From: Macrostomum lignano
Taxonomy: Eukaryota
Direction: 5' to 3'
DNA length: 64,000 nucleotides
NCBI GenBank assembly: GCA_002269645.1
Contig: NIVC01001297.1
Span: forward strand, 1 to 64,000
The notes below the pieces were generated by a model, which was given only the letters and a program-made list of their open reading frames with translations, ran no database searches and had not been told where the DNA came from. Positions 35,340-48,200 of the stretch are shown in pieces (positions within the stretch are counted from its first letter, which is position 1; each line of letters opens with the position of its first letter). A program made the translations under genes and the position numbers.

Positions 35340-38300
35340 GGTAAACCCCAGCCCCAATTGTCAAGGTCATATCATCTAGGCTACTAAGGAGTCCGTATGG
35401 GAAAACCCCAGCCCCAAGTCAAGGTCATATCTAGTCTAGGCTACTAAGGAGTCCGTATGGGAAAACCCCAGCCCCAAGTCAAGGTCATATCTAGTCTAGG
35501 CTACTAAGGAGTCCGTATGGGAAAACCCCAGCCCCAAGTCAAGGTCATATCTAGTCTAGGCTACTAAGGAGTCCGTATGGGAAAACCCCAGCCCCAAGTC
35601 AAGGTCATATCTAGTCTAGGCTACTAAGGAGTCCGTATGGGAAAACCCAGCCCCAAGTCAAGGTCATATCTAGTCTAGGCTACTAAGGAGTCCGTATGGG
35701 AAAACCCCAGCCCCAAGTCAAGGTCATATCTAGTCTAGGCTACTAAGGAGTCCGTATGGGAAAACCCAGCCCCAAGTCAAGGTCATATCTAGTCTAGGCT
35801 ACTAAGGAGTCCGTATGGGAAAACCCAGCCCCAAGTCAAGGTCATATCTAGTCTAGGCTACTAAGGAGTCCGTATGGGAAAACCCAGCCCCAAGTCAAGG
35901 TCATATCTAGTCTAGGCTACTAAGGAGTCCGTATGGGAAAACCCCAGCCCCAAGTCAAGGTCATATCTAGTCTAGGCTACTAAGGAGTCCGTATGGGAAA
36001 ACCCCAGCCCCAAGTCAAGGTCATATCTAGTCTAGGCTACTAAGGAGTCCGTATGGGAAAACCCCAGCCCCAAGTCAAGGTCATATCTAGTCTAGGCTAC
36101 TAAGGAGTCCGTATGGGAAAACCCAGCCCCAAGTCAAGGTCATATCTAGTCTAGGCTACTAAGGAGTCCGTATGGGAAAACCCAGCCCCAAGTCAAGGTC
36201 ATATCTAGTCTAGGCTACTAAGGAGTCCGTATGGGAAAACCCCAGCCCCAAGTCAAGGTCATATCTAGTCTAGGCTACTAAGGAGTCCGTATGGGAAAAC
36301 CCCAGCCCCAAGTCAAGGTCATATCTAGTCTAGGCTACTAAGGAGTCCGTATGGGAAAACCCCAGCCCCAAGTCAAGGCCATATCTAGTCTAGGCTACTA
36401 AGGAGTCCGTATGGGAAAACCCAGCCCCAAGTCAAGGTCATATCTAGTCTAGGCTACTAAGGAGTCCGTATGGGAAAACCCCAGCCCCAAGTCAAGGTCA
36501 TATCTAGTCTAGGCTACTAAGGAGTCCGTATGGGAAAACCCAGCCCCAAGTCAAGGTCATATCTAGTCTAGGCTACTAAGGAGTCCGTATGGGAAAACCC
36601 AGCCCCAAGTCAAGGTCATATCTAGTCTAGGCTACTAAGGAGTCCGTATGGGAAAACCCAGCCCCAAGTCAAGGTCATATCTAGTCTAGGCTACTAAGGA
36701 GTCCGTATGGGAAAACCCAGCCCCAAGTCAAGGTCATATCTAGTCTAGGCTACTAAGGAGTCCGTATGGGAAAACCCCAGCCCCAAGTCAAGGTCATATC
36801 TAGTCTAGGCTACTAAGGAGTCCGTATGGGAAAACCCCAGCCCCAAGTCAAGGTCATATCTAGTCTAGGCTACTAAGGAGTCCGTATGGGAAAACCCCAG
36901 CCCCAAGTCAAGGTCATATCTAGTCTAGGCTACTAAGGAGTCCGTATGGGAAAACCCAGCCCCAAGTCAAGGTCATATCTAGTCTAGGCTACTAAGGAGT
37001 CCGTATGGGAAAACCCCAGCCCCAAGTCAAGGTCATATCTAGTCTAGGCTACTAAGGAGTCCGTATGGGAAAACCCAGCCCCAAGTCAAGGTCATATCTA
37101 GTCTAGGCTACTAAGGAGTCCGTATGGGAAAACCCCAGCCCCAAGTCAAGGTCATATCTAGTCTAGGCTACTAAGGAGTCCGTATGGGAAAACCCAGCCC
37201 CAAGTCAAGGTCATATCTAGTCTAGGCTACTAAGGAGTCCGTATGGGAAAACCCAGCCCCAAGTCAAGGTCATATCTAGTCTAGGCTACTAAGGAGTCCG
37301 TATGGGAAAACCCCAGCCCCAAGTCAAGGTCATATCTAGTCTAGGCTACTAAGGAGTCCGTATGGGAAAACCCAGCCCCAAGTCAAGGTCATATCTAGTC
37401 TAGGCTACTAAGGAGTCCGTATGGGAAAACCCAGCCCCAAGTCAAGGTCATATCTAGTCTAGGCTACTAAGGAGTCCGTATGGGAAAACCCCAGCCCCAA
37501 GTCAAGGTCATATCTAGTCTAGGCTACTAAGGAGTCCGTATGGGAAAACCCAGCCCCAAGTCAAGGTCATATCTAGTCTAGGCTACTAAGGAGTCCGTAT
37601 GGGAAAACCCAGCCCCAAGTCAAGGTCATATCTAGTCTAGGCTACTAAGGAGTCCGTATGGGAAAACCCCAGCCCCAAGTCAAGGTCATATCTAGTCTAG
37701 GCTACTAAGGAGTCCGTATGGGAAAACCCCAGCCCCAAGTCAAGGTCATATCTAGTCTAGGCTACTAAGGAGTCCGTATGGGAAAACCCAGCCCCAAGTC
37801 AAGGTCATATCTAGTCTAGGCTACTAAGGAGTCCGTATGGGAAAACCCCAGCCCCAAGTCAAGGTCATATCTAGTCTAGGCTACTAAGGAGTCCGTATGG
37901 GAAAACCCAGCCCCAAGTCAAGGTCATATCTAGTCTAGGCTACTAAGGAGTCCGTATGGGAAAACCCAGCCCCAAGTCAAGGTCATATCTAGTCTAGGCT
38001 ACTAAGGAGTCCGTATGGGAAAACCCAGCCCCAAGTCAAGGTCATATCTAGTCTAGGCTACTAAGGAGTCCGTATGGGAAAACCCAGCCCCAAGTCAAGG
38101 TCATATCTAGTCTAGGCTACTAAGGAGTCCGTATGGGAAAACCCCAGCCCCAAGTCAAGGTCATATCTAGTCTAGGCTACTAAGGAGTCCGTATGGGAAA
38201 ACCCCAGCCCCAAGTCAAGGTCATATCTAGTCTAGGCTACTAAGGAGTCCGTATGGGAAAACCCAGCCCCAAGTCAAGGTCATATCTAGTCTAGGCTACT

Positions 38301-38708
38301 AAGGAGTCCGTATGGGAAAACCCCAGCCCCAAGTCAAGGTCATATCTAGTCTAGGCTACTAAGGAGTCCGTATGGGAAAACCCCAGCCCCAAGTCAAGGT
38401 CATATCTAGTCTAGGCTACTAAGGAGTCCGTATGGGAAAACCCAGCCCCAAGTCAAGGTCATATCTAGTCTAGGCTACTAAGGAGTCCGTATGGGAAAAC
38501 CCCAGCCCCAAGTCAAGGTCATATCTAGTCTAGGCTACTAAGGAGTCCGTATGGGAAAACCCAGCCCCAAGTCAAGGTCATATCTAGTCTAGGCTACTAA
38601 GGAGTCCGTATGGGAAAACCCAGCCCCAAGTCAAGGTCATATCTAGTCTAGGCTACTAAGGAGTCCGTATGGGAAAACCCCAGCCCCAAGTCAAGGTAAT
38701 ATCTAGTG
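35340..38708. repeat. Highly homogeneous 59/60-bp satellite (~56 copies) filling ENPP intron 3
   Basis: GGGAAAACCC(C)AGCCCCAAGTCAAGGTCATATCTAGTCTAGGCTACTAAGGAGTCCGTAT. Confidence 0.99.
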
Positions 38709-38845
38709 TAGGTATGCACTAATATTTTCGAAACTACTTAGTTTAATATTCAATAAAGACTTGCTAAATTCTCAAGACGAGAGTTAACTTCCGATATGTA
38801 GCGTAATAAACTTTAACAACAACCAATACAAATGACCCAACCTAC

Positions 38846-39160
38846 CAGCCATGGATCGCCTTTGCGCAGCACAGTGAATGGCTGATTCGCGCTAGCAGCT
38901 TTAAGTTTGTCAAAAACAATCTGCTCCTTGCCGGCAGCCGGCCACACGTGCCAAGCGGTGTAATCATGACTCAATTCAGCATTGTACAAACTCCTGTTAA
39001 CAATGGTATCCATGAAGATCACCTTAGACTTGTCCAGCTTAGTCATGCCGTGATCGCTAGTCAGTATAATGTTCACTTTGCCTTTCAGTTTCTTGCTAGA
39101 TTCGAAACGGTCCAGGAGTCGACTGAGATGATCATTGAGAGTTTGCACCATTTCTAGAAT
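38846..39160 (-). CDS. ENPP4/5-like, exon 3
   Basis: TTCCAG acceptor and GTAGGT donor; VNIILTSDHGM metal-binding motif. Confidence 0.92.
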
Positions 39161-39276
39161 CTGGAAAACAAAAATAACTTAAGACATTAAAAGGAAGACA
39201 ACTTATCTGATAACCCTCCCTTCTCTGCAAAGCTTTCACTTGCTCGTTGCTCTGGCACCGAAGTGTCTGGCTAACA

Positions 39277-39710
39277 CTTTCTAATCGTCAGGCAAGCATG
39301 TACATCACTTTCTAATCGTCAGGTATGTACATCACTTTCTAATCGTCAGGCATGTACATCACTTTCTAATCGTCAGGCATGTACATCACTTTCTAATCGT
39401 CAGGCATGTACATCACTTTCTAATCGTCAGGCATGTACATCACTTTCTAATCGTCAGGCATGTACATCACTTTCTAATCGTCAGGCATGTACATCACTTT
39501 CTAATCGTCAGGCATGTACATCACTTTCTAATCGTCAGGCATGTACATCACTTTCTACTCGTCAGGTATGTACATCACTTTCTACTCGTCAGGTATGTAC
39601 ATCACTTTCTACTCGTCAGGCATGTACATCACTTTCTAATCGTCAGGCATGTACATCACTTTCTACTCGTCAGGCATGTACATCACTTTCTAATCGTCAG
39701 GCATGTACAC
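39277..39710. repeat. 27-bp minisatellite
   Basis: CATGTACATCACTTTCTAATCGTCAGG units. Confidence 0.95.
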
Positions 39711-39931
39711 TCCCTGTGCCTTGGCGATTGGCCCTCAACAACCCCCTCCCACGGCCAATTTTCGGGGGCAACCCCTTCCCCCCCAAACAATTAATCAATA
39801 AGCAAGCCCCCAGACACATGTGGGTAATGATGAAGTTTTAGAATTCTCAAGTTATTCGATAGTTATTCTTACCTAATAAGTTAAATCTAATTATTTACGA
39901 AAAGCCCTTTAACTACGCTTTCAAGTCTTAC

Positions 39932-40114
39932 CTTTGGACTATCTGGTCCAAATTTGTGCCCAGTGGAGTCTGGCTCAGGCAGATAGAGCAGGCTCAGTCT
40001 ACAGTGTTCGTCAGTTTCAAACCAGTTCGCAATTCGTTCAATATAATAGTCGGCTTGCATAGCGTTCTGATGGCTGTACAGCCCGAGGCTGTAGGTCGGG
40101 TAGGCCGATTTGAT
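39932..40114 (-). CDS. ENPP4/5-like, exon 2
   Basis: TGTCAG acceptor and GTAAGA donor; LLYLPEPDSTGHKFGPDS motif. Confidence 0.92.
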
Positions 40115-40470
40115 CTGACAAGAAAATAAAACACTTAGATATATAAATGAGTCCAACGAGACTACTTAAAGTAGAAATAGAGATACTCCTTGTATTTTGG
40201 CCCAAATTTACCCCCACTCCCCTGGTTCTTCAGTGAGCAGCTACTCCCATCTGCCATTTCAAAGTACAAAGAATCTAAGTATCCACAAGAGGACTGCTCA
40301 TTCCGCTGAGTCCTGAGCATGTACAAGCGCGCCAATACTGTACACGCTCACACAAGGTGTACAGAGGCTCTTTGACTTCTTAATCACCAGGCATGTGCAC
40401 TCTCTGTGCCTTGAAGGTTGGCCATCATGGGCGTGAATCGCACGACAACCCCAATCCGATTCTTTCCTAC

Positions 40471-40965
40471 CTTAGCAGCCGAGGATGGCCAGTTCAAAAC
40501 AGCGCTATGCAGCTTGTGCCGCTGGGCGGTCACCCAGATAGGCTCGGGACCGGATGCATCTCTGGACCCATTGTTCCACATAGCTGTTTCAGTGCTGGTG
40601 GAAGCATCGAATCCCCGTTGTAGCTCTGGATCGTAGAACTTATTGGACAGCACGCCGTGGCGCTCCTCGTGCAGTCCAGTAGCGATAGTGTAGTGATTGG
40701 GGAACGTCTTGGACACGAAGTCGTCAATAACGGTGCGACCGGAGATGCCTTCTTGTTGAAGTCGACGAAATGCGCTGACATTGTAGCCGGACTTGGCAGC
40801 TAGGTGAATGTAGTCATGCCGGAATCCATCCATAGAGATTAGCAATAACCAATTAGGCATGTGCTCGATATTATGACCCATTGTTGGGCCATCGCATAGC
40901 ACTATGAAAAGGGCTGCTACTACTGACCATTGCCTGATGACTGCTTGCCATTGGATTGCAGGCAT
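40471..40965 (-). CDS. ENPP4/5-like, exon 1
   Basis: Signal peptide, LLLISMDGFRHDY, catalytic SKTFPNHYTIATGL, EPIWVT, WPSS; the four exons sum to 1587 nt in frame. Confidence 0.93.
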
Positions 40966-42774
40966 CTTTGTTCCAATGATACAACATGAGTTAGCATTGT
41001 GAATAAAAAAATAAATAAAAATAAATAAAATCATTTCTATCTTGGTAATCTTGCTAATTGGTAATTTTTATTGTTAAGTTAACAAAAGTAAAAAGTTGAG
41101 TAACTTTAAGTTTTTGTCAATTTTACTCAGTTAAAAAACCAGTTAATTTTTTAAATATCCACTCAGATATCTATTTAGATCTGCTTAAATATCTGCAAAG
41201 TGCAACTGAGGTAGTCCTCTTTTTATAGTACTTATTTACAGTATAGTCTTTTATAGTACTATGAATATACAAGTGTAGTCTGCTGTTTCATAGAAAATAC
41301 TGCATTTGAATTATGTGCTAAAATTTAGTTTTAATGTTGTGTTATAAAAAAGTTTCTGAATAAATTTGTTTTAAATCTATCTCTAAAATAGTATAAATAA
41401 AACACAGATCTGAGAGGGGCAGACAACTTCTGCTCACTCTAGCATTTAAACTAAAAATTCTAGCTTAAATCTTCCAAAGTTCAGAAATTAATCAAAATTC
41501 ATTTTGTGTTTCTTAAAAGGCTTTAATTGTTTCTAGTCTTTGAGAGACCCTAAATTGGGAGAATTGAAGCCCACTAAAATTGCCTTAGAGCAGTAAATTG
41601 CTATAGAGCAGTACAAATGCTTAGAAGCTATGTATAACCCTCTGGCTCTGATCTTGGGAATGCCTAGGACTGAGAAAAATCCCTTTATAAGAGTAACAGA
41701 AATTTAGGAATAGGATAGACAATGTCAACAATGTCAACAAGACAATGCTTGGGCCAAGAAATAGTATATACTCTATTAGTAGATAAATATATATGCTAAC
41801 AGTAAGTATATTCATGCATTACCAATAATATAAATATGCACTCGTATATATAAAACATTAGTAAAAGTACATAAGTAATAAGAACACTAGAAACCATTGT
41901 AGCAGCCAGCTTGGTAGTAGCAATAAGAGTAAATCTAAATCATAATAGAAAAGTAATATTTAGGACAACTTTGGTAATAGCCTTTTAGATTTTGATAAGA
42001 CAGGTTAGCCCTTATACAACTTTGGTAACAATGGTGGTATGATTGTTAAAGAGAGAACAAAGAGCACTATTATAACTTTGGTGTCAGCAGTAGGATAATC
42101 TTTAAGAGTAGAAGCAAAACCACTATTACAACATTAGTGTGAATAATAGAATTATTAATAGACAGAAAAAACCTATTGGTGTTAGATAGCCAATAATTTT
42201 GGTAGGGAGGGGGCAAATCTTAGAAGCAAAGAGAGGCAAGACTTGGGAGGCTATTTCCCAAATTTCCTTTACATTTTCTTTATTATAATATTTTCTTACA
42301 AGTTTTTTAGCAATCTTTCTAAAAAGGAGGATGCCTAGGGCAACTCCTTGACTTTACCTTATCAATTTTATACTTTATTAATTTATTAGTTTTAACATTT
42401 TTGGTGTAATCAATAAATTAGTTTGTTCTTGCAAGTTAATATATGAACTAAATGATATAGAGATATATTCTATATCTTGGAATAAAAAAAATTATATTTG
42501 TATTATAATATTATCAATTATTATATTTTGACTATTATATAATTATGTTTTTATAGCTTTTAAAAATGTTCATTTTATAGTAAATAAATAACATGGTTAG
42601 GCCTATTTTTCTTTCTTTCTTTAGTTTTAAGCATAGCATAGATGTAAGTAAAAAAAGACTTATTATTTATGGAGTACTTATAGACACGGCGGCCATGTCT
42701 ATAATATTGGATCTTGTAGGCATGGCTATAATCATTGATATAAAAATATGTTCTATAGTGCTCTCTCACAAGCA

Positions 42775-42845
42775 AATGGTGGCTTAGTGGATATGTCAAT
42801 TGCCTTGTGATTACGTATAGCAAGGTTTAAATCCCAAGTGGTTAG
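42775..42845 (+). repeat. Degenerate tRNA-derived segment (Pol III A and B boxes); inverted copy at ~45545-45620
   Basis: A box TGGCTTAGTGG (42780-42790) and B box GGTTTAAATCC (42824-42834); the inverted copy has GGTTCAAATCT. Confidence 0.5.
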
Positions 42846-44048
42846 AGTTTTTTTAATTTGAAATTTTTTTAGTGAACAGAAATTTTTGCATTTTGAACTT
42901 TTAAGGTTTTTTAGTTAGAATAAAAGGTCATTCTTTTGTCTTACGATGCCCAAAGTTGTATCTGTTTCGTCTTACGATGCCCATGTTAAATAAGCAAGAA
43001 GGCTTTAAAAATGTATACTTTACGACGGAAGAGTGCAAGGGACTGAGTGACTGAGGTCTTAAATTTAGTCACACAGTTGGTTTGTACTTCTGACTGTATT
43101 TCCATGGAAATGTCACGACTCACGCGCTTTAACATTGTGTCTGCCCTCATTAGCAACTGAAGCTATTGAGCCATTATAATCTGTTTCGTTTCACAATGTC
43201 TTATGAATAATTAAAACATCTGGGGCATCGCGAAACGAAACGGATATTATACTTATAGCTACTATTACTCTAGGACTCAAACTCATACATTACATGAAGA
43301 GTCCTGTGAATTGATGAAGAAGAGGAGACAAAAGCGGTAAGCCAATTTAAGGACCCAAAGTAACCCCCCTCACTTTCATTTTGCGATGCCCATAATGGAC
43401 TGAATTACACCAAAGGCATCGTAAAACAAAATGGAATATATAGCTTGACTTTCATTAATGAACAACAATCCGTCAAGTATACAAAATACGCACATATAGC
43501 CATAAAACAAAAATTATACAGAAACTACACCATCGTGCCTATGCCATATGCTTTCTATGGGCATCGTAAAATGAATGGGAGCCGTCTCATTGAAATGCAT
43601 AGCAGGCATTGTAAGATGAAAGAATGCCAATGAAAGAATTAAAAATAGTTAAATTAAATTAAATTAAATAAGAATAACACTTAATCTTAAAGTGCGGCTG
43701 ATATATATAAAAAAAAGTATTTCTTTTTCAGTAGCTACTGTATATAGGCCTATATTTGTGGCCACATTTAAGATTTTGTGTTACTTTTAAAAATTTAGGC
43801 ACTGCTTATCCCCACGGTACCGTAGGAATAATTTCTGTCTTATTCCAACGGTACCGTGCGAATAATTTTCTGCTTATCCGCACGGCACACTGAGGAGATA
43901 GCTGCCCTATCTTCTACATATGCCGTGCGAATAATTTTCTGCTTATCCGCACGGCACACTGACAAGATAGCTGCCCATCTTCTACATATGCCGTGCGAAT
44001 AATTTTCTGCTTGTCCGCAATATGAATATGAATCATGCGAATTCACAT

Positions 44049-44142
44049 CAAGGACGACTTAAGCAGAAGGACGGGAAACCTCGTTTCTTAGAAAAGTTTT
44101 GAAGGCACGAGGTTTCCCGTCCTTCTACTTAAGTCGTCCTTG
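44049..44142. mobile_element. 94-bp deletion derivative of the CAAGG-TIR family
   Basis: Ends CAAGGACGACTTAAG and CTTAAGTCGTCCTTG; 8-bp TSD ATTCACAT. Confidence 0.88.
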
Positions 44143-44214
44143 ATTCACATGAGTAGTAAAATTCTACGGAAGCGGCAATGGACTATATAAATCACGGCGA
44201 GATCAGATTAGACT

Positions 44215-44911
44215 CAAGGACGACTTAAGTAGAAGGACGGGAAACCTCGTTTCTTAGAAAAGTTTTGAAGGCACTTTTTCCCGAAAAAATACACTACAAA
44301 GATAGGAAGTTTTCATTTTTTCAGCACAAAAATTGTTATTGCGTTTGATAGGAGGCAGATCCAGTGTTCATCTTTTGATATGTTGTGCCTTTTTTATTGC
44401 TCTATCGATATTTATAAAGCTTTTCGTTCAGAAAACTAGGATTCTATGTTAATTTTTGATTCTACGTATATTTCCTGTATCTAAAAATCACAAAAATGCA
44501 TGACACAGCTCCAATATTTGGTTTTATGAACCTATTTTATCATCTCTGTTACAAAAATTTGCTACACAGTCGGGTAAGAATGATAAAATAGACTCATAAA
44601 ACTAAAGAGCCGAGCCGTGGCATTCTAATGTATTTCAAGCACAAGACACGCGAAAATATACGAAGAATAAGAAATTAACATAGAATTCTAATTTCCTGAA
44701 CGAAAAGCTTATAAATATCGATAGAGCAATAAAAAAGGCACAACATATCAAAATATGAACACTGGATCTGCCTCCTATCAAACGCAATAACAATTTTTGT
44801 GCTGAAAAAATGAAAACTTCCTATCTCCGTAGTGTATTTTTTCGGGAAAAAGTGCCTTCAAAACTTTTCTAAGAAACGAGGTTTCCCGTCCTTCTACTTA
44901 AGTCGTCCTTG
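44215..44911. mobile_element. 697-bp P-like/hAT MITE with ~250-bp TIRs
   Basis: Same termini as the 94-bp element; long inverted arms; 8-bp TSD ATTAGACT. Confidence 0.9.
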
Positions 44912-46087
44912 ATTAGACTTTGCTAAAAATTTAAATAATAAACAATTCTTAGAGTTAATTTAATTTAAATCATTTGTTACTACACAAAAAAATTCTTTCT
45001 CATAGAAAAAATCTTTATTTCTTTAGAACAAATGTTCAAGCCAAGTTATGTTGTTATACTGCACTTAAATCGTATGTACTAAACTTGCCACAACACGGCA
45101 TATGTAGAAGATAGGGCAGCTATCTCGTCAGTGTGCCGTGCGGATAAGCAGAAAATTATTCGCACGGCATATGTAGAAGATAGGGCAGCTATCTCGTCAG
45201 TGTGCCGTGCGGATAAGCAGAAAATTATTCGCACGGCATATGTAGAAGATAGGGCAGCTATATCTCGTCAGTGTGCCGTGCGGATAAGCAGAAAATTATT
45301 CGCACGGCATATGTAGAAGATAGGGCAGCTATCTCGTCAGTGTGCCGTGCGGATAAGCAGAAAATTATTCGCACGGCATATGTAGAAGATAGGGCAGCTA
45401 TCTCCTCAGTGTGCCGTGCGGATAAGCAGAAAATTATTCGCACGGTACCGTTGGAATAAGACAGAAATTATTCCTACGGTACCGTGGGGATAAGCACTGC
45501 CAAAAATTTAATCTAATTTTTAAAAACTTCAAATAGAAAAAAAACTCCAACAACTTCCAAGATTTGAACCTTTTCATGCAATCACAAGGCAATTAACTTA
45601 CTTACTAAGCCACCATTTGCTTATGAGAGAGCCCTACACAGAACACGCATTTTATTTTGATTTTTGATGATTATATAAATGGCATAGCCATGCCTATAAG
45701 CTCCAATATTATAGACATGGCTAGCCACTGTGTCTTCAAGTGTGAACTGTGAACCTATTCAATATTAATGACATGGCTGCTATGCAAGTTTCATTGACAT
45801 GGTTGCCATGTCTCTAATAGTGACTAGGTCTAGACTATACTTATAAACATGGCGGCGGTGTTTATAATGTAGAAGATGGGGCAGCCATCTCATCAGTATG
45901 CCATGCGGATAAGCAGGAAATAATTCCCATGGTACTGTTGGAATAAGATAGAAATTATTCCTATGGTACTGTGGGGATAAGCACTGCCTATTCTTATTAT
46001 GTTCTCAATCTTATTTATTTTGGCTATCCTTCAGTTTTGTTTGTTTAATTCTTTTTAGAGTCATATTATTTTTACCCCTTTTTCAGC

Positions 46088-46443
46088 ATGGCAGGTCGCC
46101 TATCTGTTCCTACAACGATTGTCCCACCGGCTGAGGTCAGGCCAACGACTGACCTATGTGATCTTCCGTTCATGAAGATGCGTGACCTCGCTATCCTGAC
46201 TGCTGACACACAATCTGTGATGTGCTGGCTGGCGAAGTAACCGGCTGCTGCCCAACGAGTGCCAGTGCCACAACGACAACTGCCCTACGACACCCCAAAT
46301 TTGGCTTCAATGTCGTCAAGGTGATCGTTAATACGTATGGCTGGGCCTGGGCCTGCAAGGACTGCCGCGCTCAGGAGTCCATCAGGAAGGGCTCGTTCTT
46401 TGAGCGTAGCCACCTGCAGGCTGCAGCTAACCTGGGCCCTGGC
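46088..46443 (+). pseudogene. Merlin (IS1595/ISXO2-like) transposase N-terminal remnant, frameshifted
   Basis: VMCWLAK / RLLPNECQC and YGWAWACKDCRAQESIRKGSFFERSHL match the Zn-ribbon region preceding the ISXO2-like catalytic domain. Confidence 0.7.
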
Positions 46444-48041
46444 TAGTGTACAGTAATTGTACCTGAACGATAAAACGGCCCTTTTCAGGGCCACCAAATA
46501 ATTTGATAGTCTTATTTCGTGTCGCGACAATCGTCGTCGCCCGTCGGAGCAGATAGGCGACCCGCCATGCTGAAAAAGGGGTAAAAAATAATATAAGACT
46601 CTGAAAATAATTAAACGAACGAAACTGAAGGATGCCTTATAAAATGCCATTGTGACTCAGACTTACAGACAAATAGTGTCTATTTCAGTTCTCCATTTAT
46701 AAAGTGGCTTTTATTTTCAGAGGACATAGGCCCACAATATTGTAAGGAATTATTACACCTAACAAAGCTTTTAGACTAAAGCAAATATTTTATAACTAGG
46801 CCTAGGATTAGGAAGTATAAAAACGTAGTATATAATAATATAATATGACTTATAAGAATATTAGTTTTCTCATTTAAGTAGATTATTTAGAAGTAGTAAT
46901 AAAAACAGTGGCTCAGGCTAAACAGCCTTTCGGCCAATACGAGTTAATCTGATATTTTTATTTTCCAAAATAATATAATATCGAGTATTTTCTATGAAAT
47001 GATTTAACTTAAACTTGTGCAAGTTTAAATATTTTCGGTAAAAGCAAAAACAAAGATAACAAAAGGGAAGCAAAGTATGTAGATGCGCGATAAAAAGTTT
47101 AATACCAAATTTCTCATTGGTAGCCTAGTTGACGAAGATTCCATTGTTCCTTTTGGCAGTTGACGAACATTCCAACTACCAATGAATTTTCGTCAACTCT
47201 CAGTTGACCAAAAAAAGTTGACGAAAAATTCTAGGAGGTTCGTGCTGAATAGGGGAGGGGCGTGCTGAAAATTTGGCCTGGATCAGGCGGCTAGGGGGAT
47301 CATGACCCCTATGCCCCCCCCCCTTGGCTATGCCCCTGATTAGGATAGACAATAAAGCAATATTATTAGGCTTATGCTATATATAGTTTTAGTAAAACCC
47401 TCCTATTTCTGATTCTAAACCATTTTTATGGCATGTCTTCTTTCTATGTGATTAGGCCCTAGTCCTAACTCCTACTCCTACCTATGCTTTATGTCAATGG
47501 CTATGGCATGGCTAAGGGTTTAAGTCATGTGTTTTATTATTAACAAATTTGAAAAGGATGGGGGTTGGTCTAACACTAACAGTTGGCTTACATATCTGAA
47601 AAGCCTTGGTTGCAATCAAGAAATCAAACTTGAAAAAAATTAAAATTTGTTTTTGCTAAATTTGTCTATAGCTATATTAAATTTCTATTGCCAAATTTGT
47701 GTGCATCCATGGCTAATATGGCAATGCCTCTATGAAAGTGCACTTGGCCTTGCTGTCCTAGGCAAGATATTATTAGAGATTTCAACAATGAGGGTCCTAT
47801 GTCTAAGACTTGCCAATAATATTTATATAGAAAATGAATTTTAATTTTAATAAAAACTAAAATTAAAAATAGGTTTTTTGTAAATAAAATACTTTGGCCT
47901 TTGCAATGCAATTTTATAAAAAATAAGTAGCCTATAAATTAGAATAAAAAACATTATAAAAATACTTAAAAAATATTTGTTTGTTTTTATTATATAGCAA
48001 AATGAGACACTCTTCTCATATCATTTATTAAATTTATCATA

Positions 48042-48200
48042 TCTATACCTATAAAAATCAAAACTCTGTCTGTCTGTGTGTGGACAATTTTGATCGCTAT
48101 GGACTCCCAAACCGCTCAACCAAATGACACCAAACTTTACACCCACCCTAAACTTACTACGGAGAATGTCTTAGGCTACCTTTTAATTTCCTAGACTCAA
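48042..48200 (+). mobile_element. Helitron-like 5' end
   Basis: A|TCTATACCTATAAAAATC followed by (GTCT)n/(GT)n and CTCCCAAACCGCTCAACC, typical of non-autonomous Helitron starts; the 3' end was not located. Confidence 0.5.

Larger units (their letters stand above)
43798..45501. mobile_element. Merlin-like (or MULE) non-autonomous element with 69-bp subterminal tandem repeats
   Basis: Inverted ends GGCACTGCTTATCCCCACGGTACC and GGGGATAAGCACTGCC; 9-bp TSD AAAAATTTA; 69-bp units at 45094, 45163 and 45232; an older right-end copy ends at 45988. Confidence 0.8.

Noticed and set aside
35340-38708. CRISPR-like regularity of the 59/60-bp array and other arrays
   Set aside because: Units are head-to-tail with no unique spacers, there are no cas genes, and the context is a eukaryotic intron.
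39277-39710. CTGACGA...GAAA on the minus strand of the 27-bp repeat, hammerhead-like
   Set aside because: Only 3 nt lie between the core motifs (no stem II), and no valid stem III or NUH site can be formed.
45094-45420. CTGA(C/G)GA followed by a GATAG/CTATC hairpin in the 69-bp repeats
   Set aside because: The hairpin is followed by TTCT rather than GAAA, so the hammerhead core is incomplete.
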